In this document: in pieces, positions 11,585 to 24,002 of the stretch
Layout of the letters: every line of letters begins with the position of its first letter
Position numbering within the stretch: the first letter of the stretch is position 1
DNA from: Macrostomum lignano
Lineage: Eukaryota
Direction of reading: 5' to 3'
Assembly: GCA_002269645.1 (NCBI GenBank)
Contig: NIVC01000973.1
Location: forward strand, 1-64,000
Length of the DNA: 64,000 nt
Notes under the pieces: model-generated
The model's input: only the letters and a program-made list of their open reading frames with translations
What the model was told of the DNA's origin: nothing
The model's database searches: none
Translations under genes and position numbers: made by a program

Positions 11585-12220
11585 TAGGATGCGCCACTCA
11601 GCACATAAGCGTGTAAGCTTTTTTGGTTCAGAATTTTGATGCATTTAAGAACAGGACCCCCCTATGCCTCAAGTTGAACCCCTGCAACTGCACATTTCCG
11701 CATCAGATCTCTGCCAGCTGCTCACAGCGCACAACTTTTATTGTCTTTTTTGGTGTTCTAGCTAGCCACTTTTATTGCCGCTGGCTAATGTACATTACTC
11801 CTGCACCAGTGGCAAGTCACACCAACTGCCTTTCTCTTTATAAAATACAACTGGGCTGTTCGTTGGGATAGCGATCAACGCTGCTTCGATGTACTCGCGC
11901 TTGAGGCCGATAACTTTCACCCACCTTCAGTCAGCGAATTGGACAGCTCCATCCATGCCTTCTCGCTAGCTAGTCAGGTTGAAATCGCTATTCACTTTCT
12001 TGGACCTCGTCACTTATGAGCCATAAGCAACCGAATGACCTTGAGAAGCTACTCAACACTCAATTGAAGCATTGAATTTTGCTCTTTAAGCAGTGAAAAG
12101 TTATACGCAAACGATCGCTAACCCAACAAACAGCACTTGTAGCTTACACATCTTTTATTGCCACTGAACTGAAAGTAGAGAAGCTGTGGAACCAATCAAA
12201 TATATCAAAGTGGCCGATCT
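11585..12220. mobile_element. Diverged copy of the 4137-4497 MITE family
   Basis: Shares gccactcagcaca..gcgtgtaagct, ggctaatgtacatta and ctgaactga..agctgt; ends gtggccgatctagt. Confidence 0.5.
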
Positions 12221-15200
12221 AGTCATTATTATAATCCATGCTCAAAACTGAATAAAGTTATATTTACCTAGTTAATCGATCGCCAGGTACAACTATAGAT
12301 TGCTTGCTGAATTGGACCCCAAGGTCATTCCAGTTCAAACGGACTGGGTAGTTTTCATCCAGACCAACCAGCCTGATGCTGAGACTGTCCAATTCTTCAT
12401 CATCTGGTGCCGATTGCATTGTCAAATGCTTTTTTACAGAAGATTAGAGCATAAGTACTTGGGCATTGGACTATCAGCAAATTGAAAGGAGCAAGTGTCA
12501 AAACTTTCTAGCTTTCATTCCAGCATAATTTAAAGTATGTTATTAATTGTAAAATCTATAATAAATTATGAAATAAATTTATAATATAGCATTATCATAG
12601 TCATAATTTAACACAAATCTCTGCTTCAATATATAATTGATATAAAAATTAATCATCCAATAGAAATTATATTTCTACTTATTTTTTTTCATTACATGAA
12701 ACGTTTTAAAGATTGCTTTTTAATTTAAACTAAGGGCTTATTAGTAAAAGAAGTAAGGAGTAAAAGAAAGAGTATTCAAATCATAATCATAATGTATGTA
12801 CCAAATATTCTGTTCTATAGTGACAATTAAAGTTGAAGTCAATTCAGCCAGTCAACTAATGATCAATAAAAAGCCTGTTATGCAATTTATATGTTATAAA
12901 TAGAGATAATAGAAAGATACAATCAGAATTCAACAAGTCAGTTTTTTATGTTAGTTATAAAGTATTTTATAGTTGAAAATTCTGCTTGATTTCCATACAT
13001 GCATAACACACATCCGATCCATCCCAACTAGATGGGTGAAATGGCCGCTGGCCAAGGTGAGTTGCAAAATCAAAATGTGAAAAATGAAAAATTGGGGGAA
13101 GAAAGAAAGGACAAAAGGAAAAGAAAAGGAGGGAGAAGAGAGAGAGGGAAGAGGAAAGAGAAAGAGAAGAAAAGAGAGAAAGGCAAGAAAAGTCATGTAC
13201 AAAGTGAAAATTAAGTTGCAATCAGAGGAACTAAGTCGCAATTGGGAGGAACTTAAGACACAAATCTGGACAAAACTAAGTGGCACTAGATGGGTGAAAT
13301 TTAGAGGTTGGCTCTCTAAATTTATATATATTGACTTTTTGCAAGAAGCATGTTTTTTATAAATATTTATTTCATTTAGCATTGAGCAATTTTTTGCTAT
13401 AACACATACTGTGGGAGAATTTCTAATCAAACAATACATAACCACCTTCTCAACCTACTATTATTAAGGAAAATCTTTTTGCTTTTGCCTTTCATTAATG
13501 GCAAAAGCATTAGCATTAAAACAAAAAAACTTTACTTAATAAAGTTTTAATAAGATGGGTCAGCAGAAGAGGCAACTGAAGGTAACGAAGTTGATAATGG
13601 GATGACAAGATAACCTATTACTAACAAAGGTAGCTAGCCAAGCTGGCAATCTTTTAATGAACTAAGAAAGGACTAAGAAAGTTGCAACATGATTCATTTT
13701 GTTAAATAGACTAAAAGATAATTTATTATCTGTAAGCAATAAAGTTGATAATTTAAATTCATTAAAGTTTATAAATAAGTTGTTATATTTGCATGATTAG
13801 GCACTTAAATAAACTAGAATCTGGGTTTTTTGTGCAATTTCAAAATTGTATCTTCAAATTAGACTTTGGATGCAATTTTGCATCTTTAGCACTAGCATAA
13901 AATGTAAGGTTTTTTATATGATATGGATACTATATAATATCTTGCCTGTCTATATTGTATTTTAAAATTGGACCTTGGATGCACTATCATATCTTGGTGC
14001 CTATAAAAAACCTAGATTAGAATACATTTATATAATGTTATAACTTTTTATTAGATTTATGGTTAACTTACAAATTAACCAAATAAAATTAAAAAAAAAT
14101 TGCCAATTTTTTTAAACTAAATAGTCTAATAATATCAACAAAAAATCTAAATACTTTACTAATGCTTATTAATGGATTAATACTTACTAATAGATTTGTG
14201 TCTAATATAATATTGATTATAGTTAGATAATAGGCCTAATATAAACAAAACTTTATATATAAACAAATATATTATTTTATTATGAAATTGGCCTACTACT
14301 TTGGTACTAAAAAGCAGAAACTTATTGTTATCAAATAAATATATACTTGACTTGTGCTAGGCCCTTAGATACTTTGTATCAAAACAATTTTCTATAAAGC
14401 TTTTGTCTTATGTCTAAGTGTCTTAGTTTTGAATTAGTACCTTGGTTTTAGCACCAAAATGTCTTAGCCTTAGGTAAGAATATAATCTACTTCAGTAATA
14501 GCCACTTTGGTAACTGCCATTTTGGTAACAAAAATGACCACTTTGATAATAGCCACTTTAATAACAAAGCAGATTTATAACCATCAACACTATAATTCAA
14601 TGGTAATTAAATTTAGTATCAATTAGTTTAATAAGTAGGCCTAATAGGCCTATCTTGAATATTGTATTTCTACATATTGTTAAATTTTCTAGTTAAACTT
14701 GTAATAGGCCTTTTAGCTCTCTTTAGAAATCCTATTAATGCCACCAAAGTTGTAACAGGCATGTTTGCTCTCACTGAAATTATCCCACCACTAAGTCACC
14801 AAAGTTGATGTAGGGCTTGCTTCTATCCTTATAAATAATCCCATTGGTTAGCCACCAAAGTTGATGTAGCGGTCTTCCTCTATGATATGGAATCCTACCG
14901 CTGCTACCAAAGTTGTGCTAGGGGTTAACTTCTGTCCTTCTAGAATCCTAATAGTTGGCCTTTGTCTAGTCATTTTCCGTATGAGCTGCCACAAAAATTG
15001 TACTAATGTTTAACTTTTATCTACCTAATTTTTTATTGATGCACTTTTGCATGTACCCTGTATTCATTATTGGTAGCGTATCTACTTCTCTATCTAGTTC
15101 TATTGGTAGCGCCTATTTATCTAATGGTAGTGGTTGTACATGTACTGTAATTTTAGCCTGAGCAGTCTAATGGCACTGCCTAACCTCACTATCTCTCAGT

Positions 15201-16707
15201 CTCAGTCCTGGGCATTCCCTGGATCAGAGGGTCACAGCGAATTCTCTGCCCTGAGGCGATTTATACACTCTCTAAGATTATGGCCTTGAGGCAATTCTCG
15301 CTTTTAGCAGTTTCTAATACTTCCAATGAGGGGCTTAATACTCTAGAAAATGAATAAGTCAATTTGAACAATTGTTTAATAAAGACTTGTTAAGCTTTGC
15401 TTGCAATTGGAAGCTTGCAGCCAGTTGTTTCATTTGGCCTACTTAGGGCTTCTATTTATAGTTTATACTAGAATTTCTGACATGTTTTAAACAAAAGCAA
15501 ATATTTTTTAGAATAACAACATTTAAACAGAAGTAAGAATAGTTTCTTTTTTTGCATAAATTTAACTGCATGCATTTCTAAGAAAACATAGAGTATTATT
15601 TGTGCATATAAAAATAGGCTATTAATTCAGGCACTACCTCAAACTGTATTATAGTATATTAAAACTTGAGCATTAATTTTTTGATAAATTTGAAGGCATA
15701 GAAAATTAAACAAAGCATATATATTGAATTTGGATATTTAAACAAGGACCACTATATTTAGCCTTGTCCTTGGTCCTTGTATTTAAATTAATTAGGCCTA
15801 GTAAAGAAAAAAGTTGTTTCTATAATTTTAAGTTGCTATTTGCTAATTCAGAGATTCTAATATACATAATATTTGTTCAATTATAGGATGTCTCAGTGCA
15901 TACATCTAACTCGTCTAAAAATTATAATAGATTAGTTAAAATACTTTTAAAAGCCTAGCACCAAAATGTCTAGCATTGAAATGTCTGAGACCAAAATGTC
16001 TCGCTTAGGCCTACTTATTATCTCTCCAATAAAAATAAAGTCACTATTACAAATGTCAAGTCCTAAAACTAACTAGGTAGGAACCTTGCCAATAATAGTT
16101 GCTAATAATAATAATAGGGCCTAGGGCCTACGCCTACCATGGTAAAATTTGTGTAATCAATTTTTTTGCAGCCTATATCATTTGGTTAATATGATTTATA
16201 ATTATAACCAAATATTACAAATCAAATTGGGTATAATTCATTAGCTTAGGATTTTTTATTGGAGTCAGAACAGAAACCTATAGGCTATAGGCCCTATGTC
16301 AATATTATATAATTACCAAAGAAAAAAGCATCAACTTGACAACTTTATGGCTTTTTGTTAGTGACAGCGTGGTATAAAAAGCTTCTCAATCAAGCTTAAA
16401 GTTCGAGCCTTTAAGATATCCTACGACTACGACCACACAAAACGATATTATCACTTAGTGTATATATAGGGCCTACAATATATAACATGTGTATATAAAC
16501 ATTAAACTTAATTTTCAGATTGTCAACAATAAAATAGTCAATTGCTTTTTGTTGCGTAGGAGAATTCTGCATTGATGTTATACAAGTCACGCATTTAGGT
16601 TGTCAGAGCTCTGTCTATTCTAGGCGGTCGGCTGAGCTTTACTTTCGATATAAAAGTGATAAATCAAAGCACCCAGATAGGCACACACACACCATTCAGG
16701 TTAATTA

Positions 16708-17404
16708 CAAGGACGACTTAAGTAGAAGGACGGGAAACCTTGTTTCTTAGAAAATTTTTGAAGGCACTTTTTCCCGAAAAAATACACTACGGAGATAGGA
16801 AATTTTCATTTTTTCAGCACAAAAATTGCTATTACTTTTGATAGGAGGCAGATCCAGTGCTCATCTTTTGATATGCTGTGCCTTTTTTATTGCTCTATCG
16901 ATATTTATAAAGCTTTTAGTTCAGAAAATTAGGATTCTATGTAAATTTTTTATTCTCCGTATATTTCCACGTGTCTTGTGATTGAAATACATTAGAATGC
17001 CACGGCTCGGCTCTTTGGTTTTAGAAGTCTATTTTATCATTCTTAACTGACTGTTTAGCAAATATTCGTAACAGAGATGATAAAACAGGTTCATAAAAGC
17101 AAATATTGGAGCTGTGTCATGCATTTTTGTGATTTTCAGATACAGGAAATGTACGTAGAATAAAAAATTGACATATAATCCTAATTTTCTGAACGAAAAG
17201 CTTTATAAATATCGATAGAGCAATAAAAAGGCACAACATATCAAAAGATGAGCACTGGATCTGCCTCCTATCAAAAGTAATAGCAATTTTTGTGCTGAAA
17301 AAATGAAAATTTCCTATCTCCGTAGTGTATTTTTTCGGGAAAAAGTGCCTTCAAAAATTTTCTAAGAAACGAGGTTTCCCGTCCTTCTACTTAAGTCGTC
17401 CTTG
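16708..17404. mobile_element. Non-autonomous DNA transposon with ~270-bp TIRs and 8-bp TSD
   Basis: caaggacgacttaagtagaagg ... ccttctacttaagtcgtccttg. GTTAATTA occurs at 16700-16707 and 17405-17412. Confidence 0.85.
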
Positions 17405-19774
17405 GTTAATTATTTGCCCATTCTAGGAAAAGAAAGTTGGCTTTCTGATTGGCGAATAGGATAAAACAGAATGCTAATATTTACTTATAAGGAAAACTTA
17501 ACAAGTTTTTGTGCTTTTTTATACCATCATTTTGTTAGATACTAACATATTTAGGTACTAAATTGTTATAATATACATTTACCGATTTGACTTTACATAT
17601 TACCGATCCCAGATTAACCAGAATCGGTTCGAAGCTTTTCATATTGTCTGAAAACCGAAGCTTTTCAGAATCGGTTCTAGAACCGTGATCCGATTCTGGA
17701 ATTCGGTTCGAGAAATTTTCTCGATCCGTTGTCGTATGTCTATGGAAACAACAGGACGAATTTGAAATAACATTTCAAAAAAACGTTTATGGTTTCTCGA
17801 TTATAGATAAAAATGTTTTATCTTTTGAGAAGTAAATATAATTAGACAGATCCGATGATTTTCATTTTCCTACCGATTCTGGTTCTGGAACCGATCTTCG
17901 TGAAAAGCCTAGATCACGTCACATTCAAGGACTAATAAAGTACTAAACTACTCTGTCCTTGTGGTTACATTTACATTTACCGTGATTTATCGAGCCTACT
18001 GAAATACATTTGTCGTCGACTTAAATTTATAATATACCTTTAAAAATGAGACTAAAATATTTACATGGACAAATTGTGGGCTTCTAGTCAGGACCCTTTG
18101 AGACTAACTATAAGGAATGCTGGGTGAATATACATGCGCTAGTGAAATTCGAGATAAAATAATTAATTTAGAACAAACAGCGCGAGATTGTCGCACGCTT
18201 AAATGTTAAATTTAGCATATGCTCTATAGAAGTCGTGGTATAATAAAAATGATACATGTACATGTATTAGATTAATTATCAAATATTTTTCCGTGTCATA
18301 GGGATTAATTGATACGTAGACTGAATGGATGATTCTAGCTCTACTTTGAATGGTGAAAGTTTACATGTATAGCTTCGATGATGGTTTGCCGAGCATTATT
18401 ATTATATTGCGTTGCTTATGGCTTTAAATACAATTTTGGCGTTTAAAGCATACTGCTGCACATTTTGATTTATGTTCCGCTGCTAGAAAAAGATAATTAA
18501 AAGTAGGAGAAATCATTTAAAAGAATTTGCTAACACAAATATTCCGATTTTCGGGCAGTCTTCAAGATTAATAAAAACATCTCTGATGAAGGAAAAATGT
18601 CTGATACAATACAATAATTAAATTATCGGCATAAAATTTATTTCGCTCAAAAACAATAAACGGTCTTGAGTATAAACTCATCCTACAATATGTACAAGTT
18701 TGTGACAATTACCCTTTTAAGGCACGCAAGCAATGAGCTTCAGAAAAATATGTGCGTCTGTGGCACTCGTATTTGTTAAGAAGCGAACGAAAATTTATTG
18801 TAACCGCGGGAAATCAGCGCAGAGCAAGCAGCATCAATTCATGTAGTCAGAATGATGGTATGTATTCAATAGGTATAATTCTAGTTGAAATTCAACTGGG
18901 CTTAAAAACATATTGATATAAATTAAACACGGAAAACAATGCGGTTCACATGTGAATTCGAGGCTTGATGCTATTTTTGAGTTGGAGAGTTCTGCAGACT
19001 ACAGAATATCAGTCGCGCCAGAGTATCACTGTTGGGTTTAGAAGTATCTACTTGTACTTTGAGCAGTTTCAACCCGCTGCAGTTGTAAAGCTTGCCCACT
19101 CGGCTAAAAACTAGAGTAATGTTACGGCTGTTCGGCCTGGCAGAAACCAAAGACAATAAAGGACAATTTAAAGCAGGACAAGATTGAGTTATGTACAGTA
19201 AAACAGAATATCTTACCTTTGCAGATTTATACATTATTGAACTTTAAGCACGTAGTTACAAGCGCTGACATTACATGGCTTGACAAAAATAAAAGGTATT
19301 GTTGTTGGTACTATTATAATGCATGCTAATACACGACACACTGTACTTTATTGTTGGCTCGAAAGACAATCAATTTATTACGTAAGCAGGTAAAAGAGCT
19401 TAGGTTATCAACGAAAACGGAATCAGTGTACAATGCGCTCGTACTAAAGAGGCCAATGATACGTCGTATCGTTCTCTGAAAAGAGACGAAGAGAATTTAG
19501 TCCGGCCAGTCCAACACGCAAACAAATATTTTTATTGGCATCCATTGCATAATAGAATGCATCAAACAGCTAACATGGTATGGGTATCGATTTTTTTAAT
19601 TTTGTAGGAAACTTCTCGATCATCGACTTGATCAAGAGATCAAAATCAAGCAAAATCAAGAGTGGGATGCTTGTGTTGTAGTCTTGCTACCTAAAAGAGC
19701 AGGACTCGCGTTTAGTTTTCATAACGAGTAATACCACTTGCATGACTTTGAACTAACTGGCTGAAAGACAGTCG

Positions 19775-20480
19775 ATGACCCAGACTGTCTCTGACATGGA
19801 TTGTCTATGACCCAGACTGTCTCTGACATGGATTGTCTATGACCCAGACTGTCTCTGACATGGATTGTCTATGACCCAGACTGTCTCTGACATGGATTGT
19901 CTATGACCCAGACTGTCTCTGACATGGATTGTCTATGACCCAGACTGTCTCTGACATGGATTGTCTATGACCCAGACTGTCTCTGACATGGATTGTCTAT
20001 GACCCAGACTGTCTCTGACATGGATTGTCTATGACCCAGACTGTCTCTGACATGGATTGTCTATGACCCAGACTGTCTCTGACATGGATTGTCTATGACC
20101 CAGACTAGCTATGCTACAGATTGGCTATGCCTATGACCCAACCTGTCTCTGCCATGGGACTGTCTATGACCCAGCCTGTCTCTGACATGGGACTGTCTCT
20201 GACATGGGACTGTCTATGACATGGGACTGTCCATGACCCAGCCTGTCTCTGACATGGGACTGCCTATGACCCAAACTGTCTTTGACACGACTTCTATGAC
20301 CCAGACTGTCTTTGACAAGACTGTCTATGACCCAGACTGTCTTTGACATGGGACTGTCTATGACCCAGACTGTCTTTGACACGACTGTCTATGACCCAGA
20401 CTATTTATGACAGATCGTCTATGACACGGAATGTCCATGCCGTGGACTATGGCACACTATCTATGACCCAGACTGTCTAC
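19775..20480. repeat. Minisatellite, 32 bp
   Basis: atgacccagactgtctctgacatggattgtct unit. Confidence 0.9.
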
Positions 20481-20524
20481 TACAACATTTGCACCTCAAA
20501 AGAACCGAGGTGGAAATACAATTG

Positions 20525-20838
20525 TTAAGCCAAGTGCTCCTGAACCGGCCAGCCACTCGCACTGCAGGCTTCCAGCATCATCTGCGTGACAACGGACACA
20601 GTTTCGGGCGACTGTAATTGGCTGCAAATTTCGAAAGCGTTGCACCGTCTCCCATTCTGAGTTGCCACCGCCGTTAAGAGGGTCGGATTGGCGCCGTGGT
20701 TCAACAGCGCTTTGATGAGCGGCGGCTTGCAGTGGGCGCAGGCAAAGTGCAACAGCGTGTAGCCACGGGCCACGTGCTGAGGCAGCCACAAGCACAGTTG
20801 GTGCCAATTCAAATAGTCGTTCAGGTGCACCGAGCATG
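20525..20838 (-). CDS. Ankyrin-repeat protein exon 4 (terminal)
   Basis: GYTLLHFACAHCKPPLIKALLNHGANPT is a canonical ankyrin repeat. Acceptor ctttctag|, phase 1. Confidence 0.7.
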
Positions 20839-20969
20839 CTAGAAAGTACCGAAACAAAGTTTGCTACAGGTGTTGATGCGGTCGATTCAGCACCAATATA
20901 CACATATTCAGTTCATTTTGAATTGCCTGGCATGTACTTTATACTATTATATTCACCCGCATTTCCCCC

Positions 20970-21915
20970 ATCCTCCCCTGATGCTTGAAATTCCGTCCCA
21001 TCCTTCCCTGATCCCCGCTATTCCCTCCCAGCCTTCCCTGATCCCCGCTATTCCCTCCCATCCTTCCCTGATCCCCGCTATTCCCTCCCATCCTTCCCTG
21101 ATCCCCGCTATTCCCTCCCATCCTTCCCTGATCCCCGCTATTCCCTCCCATCTTTCCCTGATCCCCGCTATTCCCTCCCAACCTTCCCTGATCCCCGCTA
21201 TTCCCTCCCAACCTTCCCTGATCCCGCTATTCCCTCCCAACCTTTCCTGATTCCCGATATTCCCTCCCAACCTTTCCTGATTCCCGATATTCCCTCCCAA
21301 CCTTCCCTGATCCCCGCTACTCCCTCCCAACCTTCCCTGATCCCGCTATTCCCTCCCAACCTTTCCTGATTCCCGATATTCCCTCCCAACCTTCCCTGAT
21401 CCCCGCTATTCCCTCCCAACCTTCCCTGATCCCCGCTATTTCCTCCCATCCTTCCCTGATCCCCGCTATTCCCTCCCAACCTTCCCTGATCCCCGCTATT
21501 CCCTCCCAACCTTCCCTGATCCCCGCTATTCCCTCCCAACCTTCCCTGCTCCCCGCTATTCCTTCCCAGCCTTCCCTGATCCCCGCTATTCCCTCCCAAC
21601 CTTCCCTGATCCCCGCTATTTCCTCCCATCCTTCCCTGATCCCCGCTATTCCCTCCCAACCTTCCCTGATCCCCGCTATTCCCTCCCAACCTTCCCTGAT
21701 CCCCGCTATTCCCTCCCAACCTTCCCTGATCCCCGCTATTCCCTCCCATCCTTCCCTGATCCCCGCTATTCCCTCCCATCCAGCCCTGATTCCCGATATT
21801 CCTTCCCAGCCTTCCCTGATCCCCGCTATTCCCTCCCAACCCTCCATGATCCCCGCTATTCCCTCCCAACCCTCCCTGCTCCCCGCTATTCCCTCCCAAC
21901 CTTCCCTGATCCCCA
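20970..21915. repeat. Minisatellite, 30 bp (ankyrin gene intron)
   Basis: ccttccctgatccccgctattccctcccaa unit. Confidence 0.95.
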
Positions 21916-21964
21916 TCTAGCCTTTACTGCTCCCGACCAACATAAAGACAGCGGATTCTCCTAC

Positions 21965-22284
21965 CATTGCCCAGAGAGCTGAGCACGCGAAGCAGAAACT
22001 GCACGCAACAGTCAAGCTGCAGCTGCTCGCAAGCTGATGCAGACAGAACAGCCATGGCTGCTGTCATCCATCCTTCGTATGCATTGGGAAACGACGTCAA
22101 AACGCAGAATCTGACGCCTTCCAGATTATAGTTGGCAGCAAAAGCGTACAGGCAAGTCCGGCCGTCAGTGGCTGGGGTGCGAATATTCACTGATTCGTAT
22201 AGGCCCATTTCGCTGTTCATCTGGTGCCTAAACAGCCGCTTCACCACGTCCAAGCGATTAAGTGACGCGTACAGTGTGTACAGC
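21965..22284 (-). CDS. Ankyrin-repeat protein exon 3
   Basis: LYASLNRLDVVKRL and DGRTCLYAFAANYNLEGVRF are ankyrin-like. Phase 2/1. Confidence 0.6.
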
Positions 22285-22389
22285 CTGCATCATGTTCGGA
22301 GAGGTAAGGCTATCTTGTGTTGATAAAAGGAGTCAGAAGAGTAATTTTTTAGATAACCGTAACCTGTTAGATACGTTTTAGATGGGATG

Positions 22390-23060
22390 GAACCTGCTAG
22401 ATGGAGTGACAGCTGCTAGATGGAGTGACAGCTGCTAGATAGAGTGACAGCTGCTAGATGGAGTGACAGCTGCTAGATGGAGTGACAGCTGCTAGATGGG
22501 GTGACAAACAGCTGCTAGATGGAGTGACAACTGCTAGATGGAGTGACAGCTGCTAGATGGGGTGACAAACAACTGCTAGATGGAGTGACAGCTGCTAGAT
22601 GGAGTGACAGCTGCTAGATGGGGGTGACAAACAACTGCTAGATGGAGTGACAGCTGCTAGATGGAGTGACAGCTGCTAGATGGAGTGACAGCTGCTAGAT
22701 GGAGTGACAGCTGCTAGATGGGGGTGACAAAAACTGCTAGATGGAGTGACAGCTGCTAGATGGAGTGACAGCTGCTAGATGGAGTGACAGCTGCTAGATG
22801 GAGTGACAGCTGCTAGATGGGGGTGACAAAAACTGCTAGATGGAGTGACAGCTGCTAGATGGAGTGACAGCTGCTAGATGGAGTGACAGCTGCTAGATGG
22901 AGTGACAGCTGCTAGATGGGGGTGACAAACAACTGCTAGATGGAGTGACAGCTGCTAGATGAGGGTGACCAACAACTGCTAGATGGGGGTGACGAACAAC
23001 TGCTAGATGGGGTGACAGCTGCTGGATGGCGTGGCAGTTGCTACATGGGGTGACAGCTGG
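22390..23060. repeat. Minisatellite, ~19 bp (ankyrin gene intron)
   Basis: gctgctagatggagtgaca unit. Confidence 0.95.
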
Positions 23061-23206
23061 GGTGGTAGTTGCACCCTGTTTGATTGGGTTGTCATCTATT
23101 TAATAGAATTGACCTGTTCCAATATTGTGAGGATTTTACAGTCATTGACACGATAGTTGTTTTGAAGGAAAAATTTTTAGAAGAAAATATTCTCAACCGC
23201 ACTCAC

Positions 23207-23291
23207 GTGTCATTGTTTACAAGCATCTGCAAAGAGCCGCCAGCTTCTCGATGACGCTGCAGTACCTCATCCGCATCAAGCTGTGAATAGT
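23207..23291 (-). CDS. Ankyrin-repeat protein exon 2
   Basis: tttag|AC..AC|gtgagt; reads DYSQLDADEVLQRHREAGGSLQMLVNNDT; phase 1/2 is consistent with both neighbours. Confidence 0.55.
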
Positions 23292-23380
23292 CTAAAATCG
23301 CAAATGCAACAACGCTGTCAAGTCAAATTAAGCAACTGGCTTTCGAAACGAACTTTTTGTACTCTTAGAGTAGGCCTCAC

Positions 23381-24002
23381 CGGACTGCGGCGGATCGTCA
23401 TCTGCAACCGGAATCGGGGCGTCCAGAACTAGACGATCAACATCGTCGGGTTCGCGGGAGGCGGTCATTTTCAATTTTAATTCCTTCTTTCGCAGCCGAA
23501 CTCGCTGCTGCACATCTTGATTGCGCTGCGGATCGAGGCGCAGCTTGGTGGGGACAGTGCAGGACATGATTTCTTTCAGAAGGTCTTTATAGCTTTTTAT
23601 CACAACAGCTGGGCTGCCCGACTGCAGTGCATTATTCTGATTAGCGCTATGAAGGCCATACGCTGTTTTTGCTTCTGCTACTTTACTACTGTTAGTAGTT
23701 GGTGAAACAGGAATAGGCTGAACTGTCCCGATCACGGCGTGTTCAGTCTCCACTGCTGAAACAGTCCTGACTTGCAGACTCGCATCTGCTGCTGCTACAG
23801 CTGTTTTGGTCACTGCGGCAAGGTTGCTCCCCTTCTGTGCTCCAATTTTCTGAACAGCTGGCTTTGAAATTGCTTCTGCATTCGTACGATTTTTAGGAAT
23901 TGTTGATGAATTGTCAATCTGGCTGCCTGTTTTCCTTGAGCCGCTGCATTCTGTTAAGCTTGACTTGTCGCGTACAAAGAGATTCTGTACCCACTTCTTC
24001 AT
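23381..24002 (-). CDS. Ankyrin-repeat protein exon 1 (low-complexity N-terminus)
   Basis: Long ORF starting MKKWVQ. Donor G|GTGAGG joins in frame to exon 2. Start codon uncertain. Confidence 0.55.

Noticed and set aside
12967-13445. Lys/Glu-rich and Phe/Ser-rich ORFs
   Set aside because: Produced by a purine-rich low-complexity tract.
17575-17905. Repeated gaatcggttc/accgat motifs suggesting a MITE
   Set aside because: I could not define TIRs or a TSD, so it is not called as a feature.
18971-19234. 87-aa ORF with an internal GTAAGA donor
   Set aside because: No homology recognised, and splicing at the apparent sites gives an immediate stop.
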